From a virus (lineage: Duplodnaviria > Caudoviricetes): a DNA stretch of 41,399 nt. Positions within the stretch are counted from its first letter, which is position 1. The number at the start of each line of letters is the position of its first letter. The notes under the pieces were generated by a model, which was not told where the DNA came from, ran no database searches, and saw only the letters and a list, made by a program, of their open reading frames with translations. A program made the position numbers and the translations under genes. The DNA is taken from positions 1-41,399 of IMG/VR virus record IMGVR_UViG_3300034418_001895, one strand, 5' to 3'. Of this stretch, positions 1-8,646 are shown in pieces.

Positions 1-2
1 TT

Positions 3-161
3 GGCGACAAGCCTTGGTGCGAAGAAAGGCAGTGGGTTCTGATTGGCCGTTATGCTGGCGCTAGATTTAGGCTTGAAGATGGCGGTGAAGTGCGAATTAT
101 TAACGATGACGAAGTCATTGGAACCATATTAGATCCCGACGATATAGTGAGCTTTTCATGA
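3..161 (+). CDS. groES: Co-chaperonin GroES (Cpn10), 5'-truncated by window edge
   Basis: Manual translation of frame 3: GDKPWCEERQWVLIGRYAGARFRLEDGGEVRIINDDEVIGTILDPDDIVSFS*. This matches the Cpn10 C-terminal pattern (V..G.YAG.......E..I..DDEVIG). Stop overlaps the next ATG (ATGA). Not in the ORF track. Confidence 0.88.
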   Translation, partial: GDKPWCEERQWVLIGRYAGARFRLEDGGEVRIINDDEVIGTILDPDDIVSFS

Positions 162-1111
162 TTGAGAATCAAAACGCAGAGCAGGTTGAAGAGGAACAAT
201 TTTCTATTCAGGTCACAGAAGACCCGGTAGAAGGATCTGGCGGTGAAGGCGACGAGCTTGAGAATTACACCAAGTCAGTTTCTAAACGGATTAACAAATT
301 AAACGCAAAGCACAGAGAGGTTGAGCACCGAGCACAGCAGCTTGAGCAGATTGCGATGCAAAAAGAGGCGGAGTTGCAGCAGTACCGTAAGTATACGGTT
401 CAGCAGTCAAACACCGTCCTTGCCAAAGAAGAAGAGGCTATAGCCTCTAAAGAAGCGCAGATCGATGACGTTTATCGCAAGGCGGTCGAGAGCGGTGACG
501 CCGACTTGATCACGAAAGCCTCAAAGCTTCAGAACGATATTGGGATTCAAAAAGAAAAGCTTCGGGTTGCCAAGTCTCGGCAAAGGGCCGCTCAGGAAGA
601 GTCTTATGTCAGTCAGGGCAATGAGCAGGTAGTTAATTATCAGGATCAGCAGCAGGTTCAACAAGAGGTTAAGCCTACTGAAGACGCCTTAGAGTGGCAC
701 GATAAAAACCCTTGGTACGCTAACCAAGATGACGAAGAGGATATGAAGGCAACCCAGTACGCCTACTATGTTCACTACAATTTAGCGAACGAAGGCTTCG
801 ACGTTGGTTCCGATGAGTATTACGAAGAATTGGACAGCAGGGTCGGTACGGTTTATCCTCACACTAAGTCTGCCAGTAATGGTGGATCTAAGACCGTTCA
901 AAGTGGAAGCAGACCCGCTGTGCAAAGAGTCGCTTCAGCTACCCAAGGTGGTGGTCGGTCAAAAACACAAGGCAAAAAGAATGGCGTGAGCTTTTCTAAG
1001 TCTGAGCTGGAGCGACTCAGGAGCCTCAAGCCGCATAATATGTCTGAAGAGGCATGGTTGCAGCGAGTGGCAAAAGAGAAGCAAAAAATTGCATCAAGAG
1101 AGGCAAGCTAA
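158..1111 (+). CDS. Probable capsid scaffolding protein
   Basis: Acidic N-terminus, long coiled coil (YTKSVSKRINKL...), W..KNPW motif, basic helical C-terminus; lies upstream of the capsid genes. Confidence 0.7.
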   Translation: MIENQNAEQVEEEQFSIQVTEDPVEGSGGEGDELENYTKSVSKRINKLNAKHREVEHRAQQLEQIAMQKEAELQQYRKYTVQQSNTVLAKEEEAIASKEAQIDDVYRKAVESGDADLITKASKLQNDIGIQKEKLRVAKSRQRAAQEESYVSQGNEQVVNYQDQQQVQQEVKPTEDALEWHDKNPWYANQDDEEDMKATQYAYYVHYNLANEGFDVGSDEYYEELDSRVGTVYPHTKSASNGGSKTVQSGSRPAVQRVASATQGGGRSKTQGKKNGVSFSKSELERLRSLKPHNMSEEAWLQRVAKEKQKIASREAS

Positions 1112-1112
1112 A

Positions 1113-1586
1113 ATGGCAGAAATAAAAGCAAACGCACGTTCATCCCGTGATTCGCAGTCACACGATAATCAGACTCGCAGGAAACCATGGCGACCAGTAC
1201 GGTCACTTGAAACTCCCCCTGCACCGGCAGGTTATACCTACAGGTGGATAAGGGAGTCCATGTTGGGACAAGAAGATCGAGCTAATGTCTCGCGTCGAAT
1301 CAGAGAGGGCTGGGAACTCGTAAGAGGAACCGAATTGCCGCCAGATTGGCGTTCTTTACCAACGATGGATAGTGGCCGACATGAAGGCGTGGTCTACAAC
1401 GAAGGGTTGCTATTAGCGAAGATCCCTAATGAAACGGTTGAAGAGCGCAGAACCTATTATCGGGCGAAGAGCAAACAAGCTACGGATGCATTGGACAACT
1501 CAATGTTCAACGAAACCCGTGGTGATAGCCGTTACGTTAAATATGATCCTCAGCGCGATAGCAACGTCACATTTGGACGTAAATAG
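1113..1586 (+). CDS. Conserved head-module protein
   Basis: RKPWRP..LETPPAPAGYTYRWIR...REGWELV motif is typical of the gene between scaffold and capsid in such phages. Start moved to ATG 1113, just after the upstream stop. Confidence 0.7.
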   Translation: MAEIKANARSSRDSQSHDNQTRRKPWRPVRSLETPPAPAGYTYRWIRESMLGQEDRANVSRRIREGWELVRGTELPPDWRSLPTMDSGRHEGVVYNEGLLLAKIPNETVEERRTYYRAKSKQATDALDNSMFNETRGDSRYVKYDPQRDSNVTFGRK

Positions 1587-1597
1587 AGGTATTCAAA

Positions 1598-2182
1598 ATG
1601 GCGAATAAAGACGCTGCATTTGGAATGAAGCCGGTCAGAATGATCGGTGGCGCACCTTACACTGGCGGTCAGAGTCGATATCGTATTGCTGCGAATTATG
1701 GAACTTCCATTTTTCAAGGCGATATGGTTGCTCAGGTCACTGGAGGTACGGTGGAAGTACACGCTGACGGAGGCACTGTGCCTGTAGTTGGTGTTTTTAA
1801 CGGTTGCCAGTACACAGACCCCACCAGTGGTGAGCAAGTTTACAGCAACTACTACCCTGCAAGCACTAACGCCGCAGACATCATCGCTTTTATCATTGAT
1901 GATCCCGACGTGGTTTACGAAGTGCAAGCTGATGACACGTTTCCAATTACCGACCTGTTTGGCAATTTTGATATCGTGTACACCACTGCGGGTAGCACTT
2001 TGACTGGTATTTCTGGCGCTGAGCTTGACGTAACCACTGGTGCTACCAACACGAACCTGCCGATCAAAGCGATCGACATTTCGGAAGATCCGAACAACTC
2101 GGACACGGGCGCTGCAAACACTAACGTGTTAGTAGTAATTCAAAACTCAATCTTCGGCGTTAAAGGCGCTGGCTTAGCATAA
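1598..2182 (+). CDS. Head structural/decoration protein
   Basis: MANKDAAFGMKPV start, beta-rich G/T/A composition, GAGG RBS, immediately before the major capsid gene. Confidence 0.65.
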   Translation: MANKDAAFGMKPVRMIGGAPYTGGQSRYRIAANYGTSIFQGDMVAQVTGGTVEVHADGGTVPVVGVFNGCQYTDPTSGEQVYSNYYPASTNAADIIAFIIDDPDVVYEVQADDTFPITDLFGNFDIVYTTAGSTLTGISGAELDVTTGATNTNLPIKAIDISEDPNNSDTGAANTNVLVVIQNSIFGVKGAGLA

Positions 2183-2193
2183 GGAGCTAAATA

Positions 2194-3111
2194 ATGGCTA
2201 TTTCAAGAGCACAGCTCGCTAAAGAACTGGAGCCGGGGTTAAACTCCTTATTCGGCATGAGCTACGACAGCTACGACCGCCAGTATGAAGAAATCTTTGC
2301 TATTGAAGACTCACAGCGAGCCTTCGAGGAAGAGGTTTTGATCACTGGTTTCGGCGGAGCGCCAACTAAAACCGAAGGTCAGGGCGTACAGTTTGACAAC
2401 GCTTCTGAGTCTTACACTGCTCGCTACACGCATGAGACCGTGGCTTTGGCATTTTCTTTGACCGATGAAGCAGTAGAAGATAATTTGTATGACTCGCTCG
2501 GCAAGCGATACGTGAAGGCTTTGGCCCGATCTATGGCTAACACCAAAGAAGTCAAAGGTGCAGATGTACTGAACAATGCGTTCGATACTAACTACACTGG
2601 CGGCGACGGTGTAACATTGATTAACACGGCACACCCTCTAGCGGGTGGCGGCACTGCTGCAAACCGTGCTACCTCAATGGCTGACTTGAACGAAACGTCT
2701 TTGGAAGATGCGTTGATTGATATCAGCACATTTACTGATGACAAGGGTCTTACGATCTCTGTTCAAGCATCAAAGCTTGTCGTACCACCTCAGTTGGTTT
2801 TTGTTGCTGACCGTATCCTGAACTCAACTTTGCGTTCTGGTACTGCCGACAATGACATCAACGCTGTACGCAACACGGGTGTATTGCCCGGTGGCTACAC
2901 GGTCAATCATTACCTGACTGACCCTGATGCCTTCTTCTTGCTGACTAGCGTCACCGACGCTGGCGAAGGCTTGAAGATGTTCCAACGTACTGCGATGGAA
3001 ACCACAATGGAGCCAGACTTCACGACTGGCAACATCCGGTATAAAGCGCGAGAGCGTTACTCTTACGGATGGAGTGATTGGCGTGGAATCTACGGCAGTC
3101 AAGGCGCTTAA
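2194..3111 (+). CDS. Major capsid protein (HK97 fold, Mu gpT-like family)
   Basis: MAISRAQLAKELEPGLNSLFG...KLVVPPQL...VNHYLTDPDAFF...YKARERYSYGWSDWRGIYGS; strong AAGGAG RBS; followed by a terminator. Confidence 0.9.
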   Translation: MAISRAQLAKELEPGLNSLFGMSYDSYDRQYEEIFAIEDSQRAFEEEVLITGFGGAPTKTEGQGVQFDNASESYTARYTHETVALAFSLTDEAVEDNLYDSLGKRYVKALARSMANTKEVKGADVLNNAFDTNYTGGDGVTLINTAHPLAGGGTAANRATSMADLNETSLEDALIDISTFTDDKGLTISVQASKLVVPPQLVFVADRILNSTLRSGTADNDINAVRNTGVLPGGYTVNHYLTDPDAFFLLTSVTDAGEGLKMFQRTAMETTMEPDFTTGNIRYKARERYSYGWSDWRGIYGSQGA

Positions 3112-3112
3112 T

Positions 3113-3128
3113 TGTTTCACATGAAACA
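3113..3128. promoter_or_regulatory. parS-like palindrome 1
   Basis: TGTTTCACATGAAACA is one mismatch from the bacterial parS consensus TGTTTCACGTGAAACA; intergenic, right after the capsid stop. Confidence 0.55.
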
Positions 3129-3133
3129 ATGAA

Positions 3134-3160
3134 AGAAGGGGGCATTAGCCCCCTTTTTTT
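3134..3160 (+). terminator. Rho-independent terminator, probably bidirectional
   Basis: AAGGGGGC-ATTA-GCCCCCTT followed by a T run, A-rich on the other side; sits between convergent genes. Confidence 0.85.
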
Positions 3161-3177
3161 ATGCCGCCTTTTTGTTA

Positions 3178-3411
3178 TTAAGGCGCGTATGAGACCTTCT
3201 GAACTGAGGCTCGGATGCCTTCCCAGCCTGTTTGCGCGATCCTCACCGCTGTTGCTGCTTGGGCGCGGGTAGCCTTTACACCCAACTCGTCAGCAGCAAA
3301 CTCTGCGGCTTCTTGAAAAGCTCGCTTCCAACAGCAACTGAACTCGTATGAAGTTAAAGCGGCTTCTGCCATTTGCTGAATTTCCCACTGCGATAGATAT
3401 TCTGTTTTCAT
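3178..3411 (-). CDS. Small early hypothetical protein (77 aa)
   Basis: ORF with GGGAG RBS, downstream of the stop-codon hairpin at 3426-3441. Confidence 0.7.
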   Translation of the reverse strand: MKTEYLSQWEIQQMAEAALTSYEFSCCWKRAFQEAAEFAADELGVKATRAQAATAVRIAQTGWEGIRASVQKVSYAP

Positions 3412-3425
3412 CTACTTCTCCCTTG

Positions 3426-3441
3426 GGCGGCTTATGCCGCC
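3426..3441 (-). repeat. Stop-codon hairpin repeat, copy 1
   Basis: GGCGGC-ATAA-GCCGCC on the minus strand; the TAA stop is in the loop. Confidence 0.75.
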
Positions 3442-3623
3442 TCGTTTTTTTTGAAATTGTCAGCTAAATCTTTGATCGCGTTGCTTCTTATTTGCTTGTA
3501 GTATTGCTTCAGTTCTTCGCATCGCATGATCATAGATTTCATTTGAAATGCTTGAACGCCTACTTCTTTTGCCATTCTATCGATCAAAGCGTTTTCAATT
3601 GTTTCTAAAATTTGCTGTTCCAT
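3432..3623 (-). CDS. Small early hypothetical protein (63 aa)
   Basis: MEQQILETIENALIDR...NEAA*; GGAG RBS before ATG 3623. The longer ORF-track start runs through the promoter. Confidence 0.7.
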   Translation of the reverse strand: MEQQILETIENALIDRMAKEVGVQAFQMKSMIMRCEELKQYYKQIRSNAIKDLADNFKKNEAA

Positions 3624-3656
3624 CTTAATGCTCCGTTTGCGTTGTTGATGTCCTTT

Positions 3657-3704
3657 ATTATACTGATCCCGTGTCGATGTGCAACAATGTATACACAAAT
3701 AAAT
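3657..3704 (-). promoter_or_regulatory. Early sigma70-type promoter P1 with GACACGGGAT spacer box
   Basis: Minus strand: ATTTATTT..TTGCAC-atcGACACGGGATcag-TATAAT (16-nt spacer). Confidence 0.75.
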
Positions 3705-3750
3705 CGAAATAAATGAACTTTTTTTTACTGCCCAGTTGTCATAGACTGTA

Positions 3751-3830
3751 GGTCTGAGATAAACCCAGCCCCAGCGACTGGCTCAGCAGACGTTTACGAA
3801 GACTCTGGGGCGAATCCTTTCGTAAAGAGG
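3751..3830 (+). ncRNA. Structured leader RNA, probably the Mu-gpT-DE motif
   Basis: Three interleaved helices: CTGAG 3754-3758/CTCAG 3782-3786, GCCCCAG 3768-3774/CTGGGGC 3805-3811, TTTACGAA 3793-3800/TTCGTAAA 3819-3826 abutting the GAGG RBS. Lies downstream of a Mu gpT-like capsid gene. Family name inferred from context, not from a covariance search. Confidence 0.6.
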
Positions 3831-3839
3831 TAATAACTA

Positions 3840-4349
3840 ATGTCACAAACAACATTCTCTGGCCCAGTACGCTCGCTTGGTGGCTTCATCACCGCAGGCG
3901 TAAACAGCAGCATCAGCTTATCAGCAGACACCACGCTTACCGTGGCGGCTCACGCTGGCAAGATTATTTTGCTCAACGACGCAGACGGTAAGTTCACCTT
4001 GCCATCTATCGACTCCAGCACTCCCGCTGACCCAACGTCTCCAAACCAAGGCAACAACATTGGCGCGTCTTTCTTTTTCTACATTGAAACCGCAGCCACT
4101 GACTTGGACATCCTTACCGATGGCACTGACAAGTTTAAAGGTGCAGCGATAGTTGCTGTCGATGACGGCGCGAAAAAAGCTTTCTTCCCTGCTGCCGCAA
4201 ATGACGTAATGACTTTCAACGGCTCAACCAAAGGCGGTTTGGTCGGCAGCGTCATTCAGGTAACAGCAATTGATACAGCCAGCTACCTTGTACATAACAC
4301 CTTGCTGCTTGGTTCAGGAACGATTGTTACGCCTTTCGCTGACGCTTAA
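3840..4349 (+). CDS. Virion structural protein (head fibre/decoration-like)
   Basis: MSQTTFSGPVRS N-terminus and ..TPFADA C-terminus typical of the gene after the capsid in these phages. Confidence 0.65.
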   Translation: MSQTTFSGPVRSLGGFITAGVNSSISLSADTTLTVAAHAGKIILLNDADGKFTLPSIDSSTPADPTSPNQGNNIGASFFFYIETAATDLDILTDGTDKFKGAAIVAVDDGAKKAFFPAAANDVMTFNGSTKGGLVGSVIQVTAIDTASYLVHNTLLLGSGTIVTPFADA

Positions 4350-4371
4350 TCCACAGAATAGGAGATAGGCA

Positions 4372-4776
4372 ATGGCAGATGCAGTAACTAGCCAAACCAT
4401 TCAGGATGGAGAGCGTAAGGCTGTCCTTAAATTCACTAACATTAGTGACGGAACCGGAGAGGCAAATGTAGTCAAGGTTGATGTTTCAGCCTTGACCACT
4501 AACTCTGCGGGTAAGGCTTGCACCAAAGTTACAGTTGCCAAGATATGGTGGCAGTGTGTTGGGATGGGGGTCGAGCTGTTGTGTGATGCAACGGCAAATA
4601 CCCTAATCATCGGCTTGTCACCAGATAGCAATGGCTTCCACGATTACTCTGACTTTACCGGCATTCCTAATAATGCTGGCAGTGGTGTGACTGGGGACAT
4701 TCTATTCACGACAATTGGCGCAAGCAGTGCAGATACTTATACTGTCATTTTAGAAGTCATAAAAGAGTATGCTTGA
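4372..4776 (+). CDS. Conserved virion-module protein
   Basis: MADAVTSQTIQDGERKAVLKFTNISDGTGE; GGAG RBS; beta-rich. Confidence 0.65.
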   Translation: MADAVTSQTIQDGERKAVLKFTNISDGTGEANVVKVDVSALTTNSAGKACTKVTVAKIWWQCVGMGVELLCDATANTLIIGLSPDSNGFHDYSDFTGIPNNAGSGVTGDILFTTIGASSADTYTVILEVIKEYA

Positions 4777-5069
4777 TGGCTACCACCTCTGACGTAGAAC
4801 GGTTAAAGAGCGGACGGCTGCGGTATCGCGGCCAGACGTTCCCCGGCTATAACAAGCAGGTTCGCACTTCTGGAGAGAGCAAAAAGTTCAAGGTTCTAGC
4901 CAAGAAGGGCGATCAGGTGAAGGTGGTTCGCTACGGCGACAGCAACATGGAAATCAAGCGAGATAACCCAGAGCGCCGACGCAATTTTCGGGCAAGACAC
5001 AATTGCGATGCGGTTCAAAAGAAAAAAGACGTTTTCACGGCTTCTTACTGGTCGTGTAAAAATTGGTGA
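4776..5069 (+). CDS. Small basic conserved viral protein
   Basis: VRYGD.NM.IK..NPERRRNFRARHNC...YWSCKNW motif; TGATG coupling with the upstream gene. Confidence 0.7.
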   Translation: MATTSDVERLKSGRLRYRGQTFPGYNKQVRTSGESKKFKVLAKKGDQVKVVRYGDSNMEIKRDNPERRRNFRARHNCDAVQKKKDVFTASYWSCKNW

Positions 5070-5075
5070 CCTAAT

Positions 5076-5999
5076 ATGAGCTTTGCAGCACCTATAGAGT
5101 TTTACGAGCGGCAGGAAAAAATAAAAGCCAGCCCCCTTTATCCGCAAATTCAGTACATGAATTTGCAACTAAACCAGATGCAAGAGGGCACCCCTCAGTA
5201 TGAGGCGCTCAAGGCAAAACTCTTTGCCATGCAAGATCAAGCGGCTGGTGGAATGGCTCCGCAGCAGCAAATGCCACAAATTCCCGGCAGGTCTGGCGGT
5301 ATTGAGGGTTTGGCAGAAATGCTGCAAAGGCTGCAAGGCGGACAAAGAAGCCCCGGGCAGTACCCAGATACTTACCCGGTGCCTAGCACGGACGACATGA
5401 TCATTGAATTCCCAGTGCCAGATAGCCGACCTTCGCCGCCTATTGGCTTTCCCGGATTTCCAGAGAAACTTCCAAAGAAAACCTTCCCTGACTACATAAA
5501 GACAGGACAGGGCAGAAGGTTGCCGCCAAGCCCTCCTATCTTAGATGATATTTTTGGCCCAGAGGGTCGAATACCTCCCCGCGATGATCGCATCCCAATG
5601 ATGCGAACCAACGACTTTCAAGACCGAAATAGAAACGGCGTTGACGATAGGGACGAAAGAGGTGGGCGAGGCAAATTCAGAAGGATTCCAAGCCGCAGGA
5701 TAAAAGATTCTTACCGACGAAGGGGCGGTTTAGCAGGTCGGATTGCAGAGCTTGCTGAGCAGATGCGAGGCCGAGAAGAGATGCCTAGACCCCGTGGAGG
5801 GATGTTTGGAGACCTCATGCGCCGAATACAGTCGGAACGAGATCAGCCGCGCATGGAGGCTCTCATGCAAAACATGCAAGCGCCGCCTCCTGAGCAATAC
5901 TTTGCGGAAAGAAATCGACGAATGAGACAAGCGCCTGACATGGAGCAAATCAGAAGGCAGTTAATTCAGAACATTAACTTTCGGGATCTTGGCATCTAA
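5076..5999 (+). CDS. Pro/Arg/Gln/Met-rich low-complexity protein, possible internal virion protein
   Basis: 307-aa ORF in the late operon, TAATG coupling to the next gene, contains DRNRNGVDDRDE. Confidence 0.65.
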   Translation: MSFAAPIEFYERQEKIKASPLYPQIQYMNLQLNQMQEGTPQYEALKAKLFAMQDQAAGGMAPQQQMPQIPGRSGGIEGLAEMLQRLQGGQRSPGQYPDTYPVPSTDDMIIEFPVPDSRPSPPIGFPGFPEKLPKKTFPDYIKTGQGRRLPPSPPILDDIFGPEGRIPPRDDRIPMMRTNDFQDRNRNGVDDRDERGGRGKFRRIPSRRIKDSYRRRGGLAGRIAELAEQMRGREEMPRPRGGMFGDLMRRIQSERDQPRMEALMQNMQAPPPEQYFAERNRRMRQAPDMEQIRRQLIQNINFRDLGI

Positions 6000-7612
6000 T
6001 GGCTATCTCTGACGATTTACAAGCAGCCCAAGACGAATACGGTAGCTCAGCATCCCCCTATGCAAGTCTGAGTGAGTATTTGATGCAGCGCCCTGCTTAC
6101 GACAGGGGCGCTAGGGCTGCGCCAGCGGCTCCGACGATGAGAACGCTTGACGCTATTACTCCTGACACTGACCAGTTGCTGGCTGAGCAGTATGAAAAGA
6201 TTATGGCTGAGCAGAGAGAGGCTCAAGAGGCATCTGCGGCGGCTCGTCAGACGGAAATTGACAGCCTAAGAGACCTGTTGAGAGAAGAGCTTGCCACGTC
6301 AGAGCAGGCGGCTCTGGGCGAGAGGTCTGAGCTTTCCAAGTCTCTTGAGGCGCAAATAGAAGATATGCGTCGTGGCGTTGACGCAGAAACCATGGATCTT
6401 CGCCAAGCTGGACTCGACGAGAGGGCTGCGCTTGCTCGTCAGATTGAAGAAGGCGACAAGTTGGTTAGAGAGGCGCAGGTTCAGGCCATTGGCGACTTGG
6501 AAGACCGGCAAGGTTCTTTGGTTGGCGATCTTAAAGAAAGAATAGGCTCTTTATCTTCTGATCTTTCTAGCATCAATAGCGTGATTGATCAGAATTATTC
6601 TGAATTGCTTAACATTCAAGAAACCTCGTCAGGTGCTACTCAAGAGCAAATATCCGGCATAAACCAAGAGCTGGAATCATTAAGCGGTACTCAGTCGGAA
6701 ATTGACACGCTAAACCAGCAGCTTGAAACCTTGTATGAAGATGTAGAAGCTGGAAATGTTGATCAATCTGAATTGTTGCGTGGAGAGGTTTCCGACCTAA
6801 TTGCTGGTTTAGAAGGCAAGATAAGCGGCATTCAAGACAACCTTGGTGCCCTGCCAATCGACCAGATTCAGGCAGAGCTTGCCACAGTCAACGATCAGAC
6901 TGCTGCTTTTCAACAAGCAATTGATATTGCTGGTACAGAAAGAACTGACCTCGCCGCAAGAATAGAGGCGTTGCAGGCCGCTGGATTGACCCAAGATGAC
7001 CTGTCTGGCTTGTCTGAGTCGATTGCAAGCCAAAGGCAGACGGACATCACTTCAGCTCTAGACCCTGTACAACAGCAGATTGAGGCGCTTCGCGGCCAGA
7101 TACCCGGAGAGGTTGACACCGAGGCATTACGCAAACAAATTACCGAAGACATCATGGCTCAAATGGCTAATCAAGCGCCTCCCGCTGGAGGGGGCACTGG
7201 CGACACCGACACAGATGTAGATGTTGGCGACGTTGTTGTTGAACCCAGCCCCGGGTTTAGCGGAACACCTTATGAAAACTTTATGGGCGGTTTCATTCCC
7301 GGCGCAGGGCAATCCTATGACGCAGGCGTAAACTACGGGCCGTCAGCGTCCGAAGCGGCTGGCTTTAACCCTGCCGGCGGAGGCTCAATGGGCAGAGGCA
7401 ATCAAAGCATTGTAGATAATTCTGGTTATCTTGACTTTTATAATCAACAAACTTTAAATCCAGTTTCGCCCGTAAAAACAGGCAACATGCCCGGCGGCGG
7501 AGTTGGTTCAGGGTATGTGAAGACTGGCGCTCCAATTGCCTACAATCAAGGGCCGTTTCAGGCTCAGAAATTTAACACCAACCTTTTTAATAAAGGAAGT
7601 TTTGGAATGTAA
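5999..7612 (+). CDS. Acidic coiled-coil protein, possible internal virion protein
   Basis: 537 aa, long heptad region then a Gly/Pro-rich tail. Confidence 0.7.
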   Translation: MAISDDLQAAQDEYGSSASPYASLSEYLMQRPAYDRGARAAPAAPTMRTLDAITPDTDQLLAEQYEKIMAEQREAQEASAAARQTEIDSLRDLLREELATSEQAALGERSELSKSLEAQIEDMRRGVDAETMDLRQAGLDERAALARQIEEGDKLVREAQVQAIGDLEDRQGSLVGDLKERIGSLSSDLSSINSVIDQNYSELLNIQETSSGATQEQISGINQELESLSGTQSEIDTLNQQLETLYEDVEAGNVDQSELLRGEVSDLIAGLEGKISGIQDNLGALPIDQIQAELATVNDQTAAFQQAIDIAGTERTDLAARIEALQAAGLTQDDLSGLSESIASQRQTDITSALDPVQQQIEALRGQIPGEVDTEALRKQITEDIMAQMANQAPPAGGGTGDTDTDVDVGDVVVEPSPGFSGTPYENFMGGFIPGAGQSYDAGVNYGPSASEAAGFNPAGGGSMGRGNQSIVDNSGYLDFYNQQTLNPVSPVKTGNMPGGGVGSGYVKTGAPIAYNQGPFQAQKFNTNLFNKGSFGM

Positions 7613-7614
7613 CT

Positions 7615-7977
7615 ATGGCTTCTTCTGCCCCTAAAAATGTAGCCAATCCTAGTCTTTACGCCAAAGCTAAGGCTAAGGCCAAGGCTAAGTTTGATGTTTA
7701 CCCGAGCGCATATGCAAACGGCTGGATGGTTCAGGAGTACAAGCGGATGGGTGGAAAATACAAAGGCGCTACTGGCGGCGACGTGAGCTTAGATCCGAAG
7801 AAAAGCGATCTTGATAATGACGGCAAGCTAAGCCGTTACGAGCGTAAGCGCGGCACCGCTATCGCCAAGAGTATGGCAAAGAAAATGAACATGGGCGGAA
7901 CGGTGATGGTTCAGGGTCGTGGCTGTGGCGCTATCATGCCAAAAAAGCAAAAGAAGACGCGAGTGCCCCGTGGCTAG
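7615..7977 (+). CDS. Small basic protein with an EF-hand-like loop
   Basis: YPSAYANGWMVQEYKRMGG, DLDNDGKLSRYE, RGCGA motifs. Confidence 0.7.
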   Translation: MASSAPKNVANPSLYAKAKAKAKAKFDVYPSAYANGWMVQEYKRMGGKYKGATGGDVSLDPKKSDLDNDGKLSRYERKRGTAIAKSMAKKMNMGGTVMVQGRGCGAIMPKKQKKTRVPRG

Positions 7978-8281
7978 AACTGGGCTAAAGAAATGGTTTA
8001 GCGAAGATTGGGTAGATATTGGCGCTCCAAAAAAAGACGGTAAATACCAACAATGTGGCCGAAAAAGCGCATCAAAAAAAAGTGGCAGGTCATACCCAAA
8101 GTGCGTTCCAGCGGCAAAAGCGGCAGGCATGACGGAAAGTCAGAAGAAAAGCGCAGTGGCGCGAAAAAGATCTAAGAGACAAGGTGTTGGCGGAAAGCCT
8201 ACAATGGTCAAAACATTTGCCGCTCGCGGCGGATCAATTAACAAGAAACCCGGTAATTCCGGTTTATTTGGGAGGCGATAA
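7970..8281 (+). CDS. Small basic conserved viral protein
   Basis: GLKKWFSEDWVDI...CGR...YPKCVP motif; GTG start at 7970 overlapping the upstream stop region. Confidence 0.7.
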   Translation: MARTGLKKWFSEDWVDIGAPKKDGKYQQCGRKSASKKSGRSYPKCVPAAKAAGMTESQKKSAVARKRSKRQGVGGKPTMVKTFAARGGSINKKPGNSGLFGRR

Positions 8282-8646
8282 TGAAGATGAAGGCAAAAGG
8301 GTACAGTCTTGGTGGTGCTCCGAAAACACGCGCACAGCGTCGATCTACGTTGAGCCGAGCGCAAAGAAATTTGCTCGACTCAGTGCAAGGCGCAGAGGGA
8401 ACCAAGCAACCTACTAGCGTTATTCAAGACCTGTCTGATCAGTACGGCTACAAGCCCGGAAAGAGAGCGGGTGCTAGAGGCCGAGGCCGGAATAAGGCAA
8501 CCCCTCCCGGGATGAATATGGGCGGAGCTGCAATGAAGACCAAGGGTTACGCTAAAGGCGGTGCCGCAATGAAGACCAAAGGCGCAGCGAAAGGTGGAAT
8601 CAAAAAACCATCTTCCAAAAAGACGGGATTATTTGGTCGTAGATAG
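8281..8646 (+). CDS. Lys/Arg/Gly-rich basic protein, possible DNA-condensing core protein
   Basis: Internal repeats MKTKG[YA]AKGG; TAATG coupling; GGAGG RBS. Confidence 0.7.
   Translation: MKMKAKGYSLGGAPKTRAQRRSTLSRAQRNLLDSVQGAEGTKQPTSVIQDLSDQYGYKPGKRAGARGRGRNKATPPGMNMGGAAMKTKGYAKGGAAMKTKGAAKGGIKKPSSKKTGLFGRR

Noticed and set aside
3751-3830. Leader RNA as an HDV-like ribozyme or tRNA
   Set aside because: No room for the HDV P3/L3 element between the helices and no cloverleaf or T-loop; no tRNA was recognised anywhere in the window.
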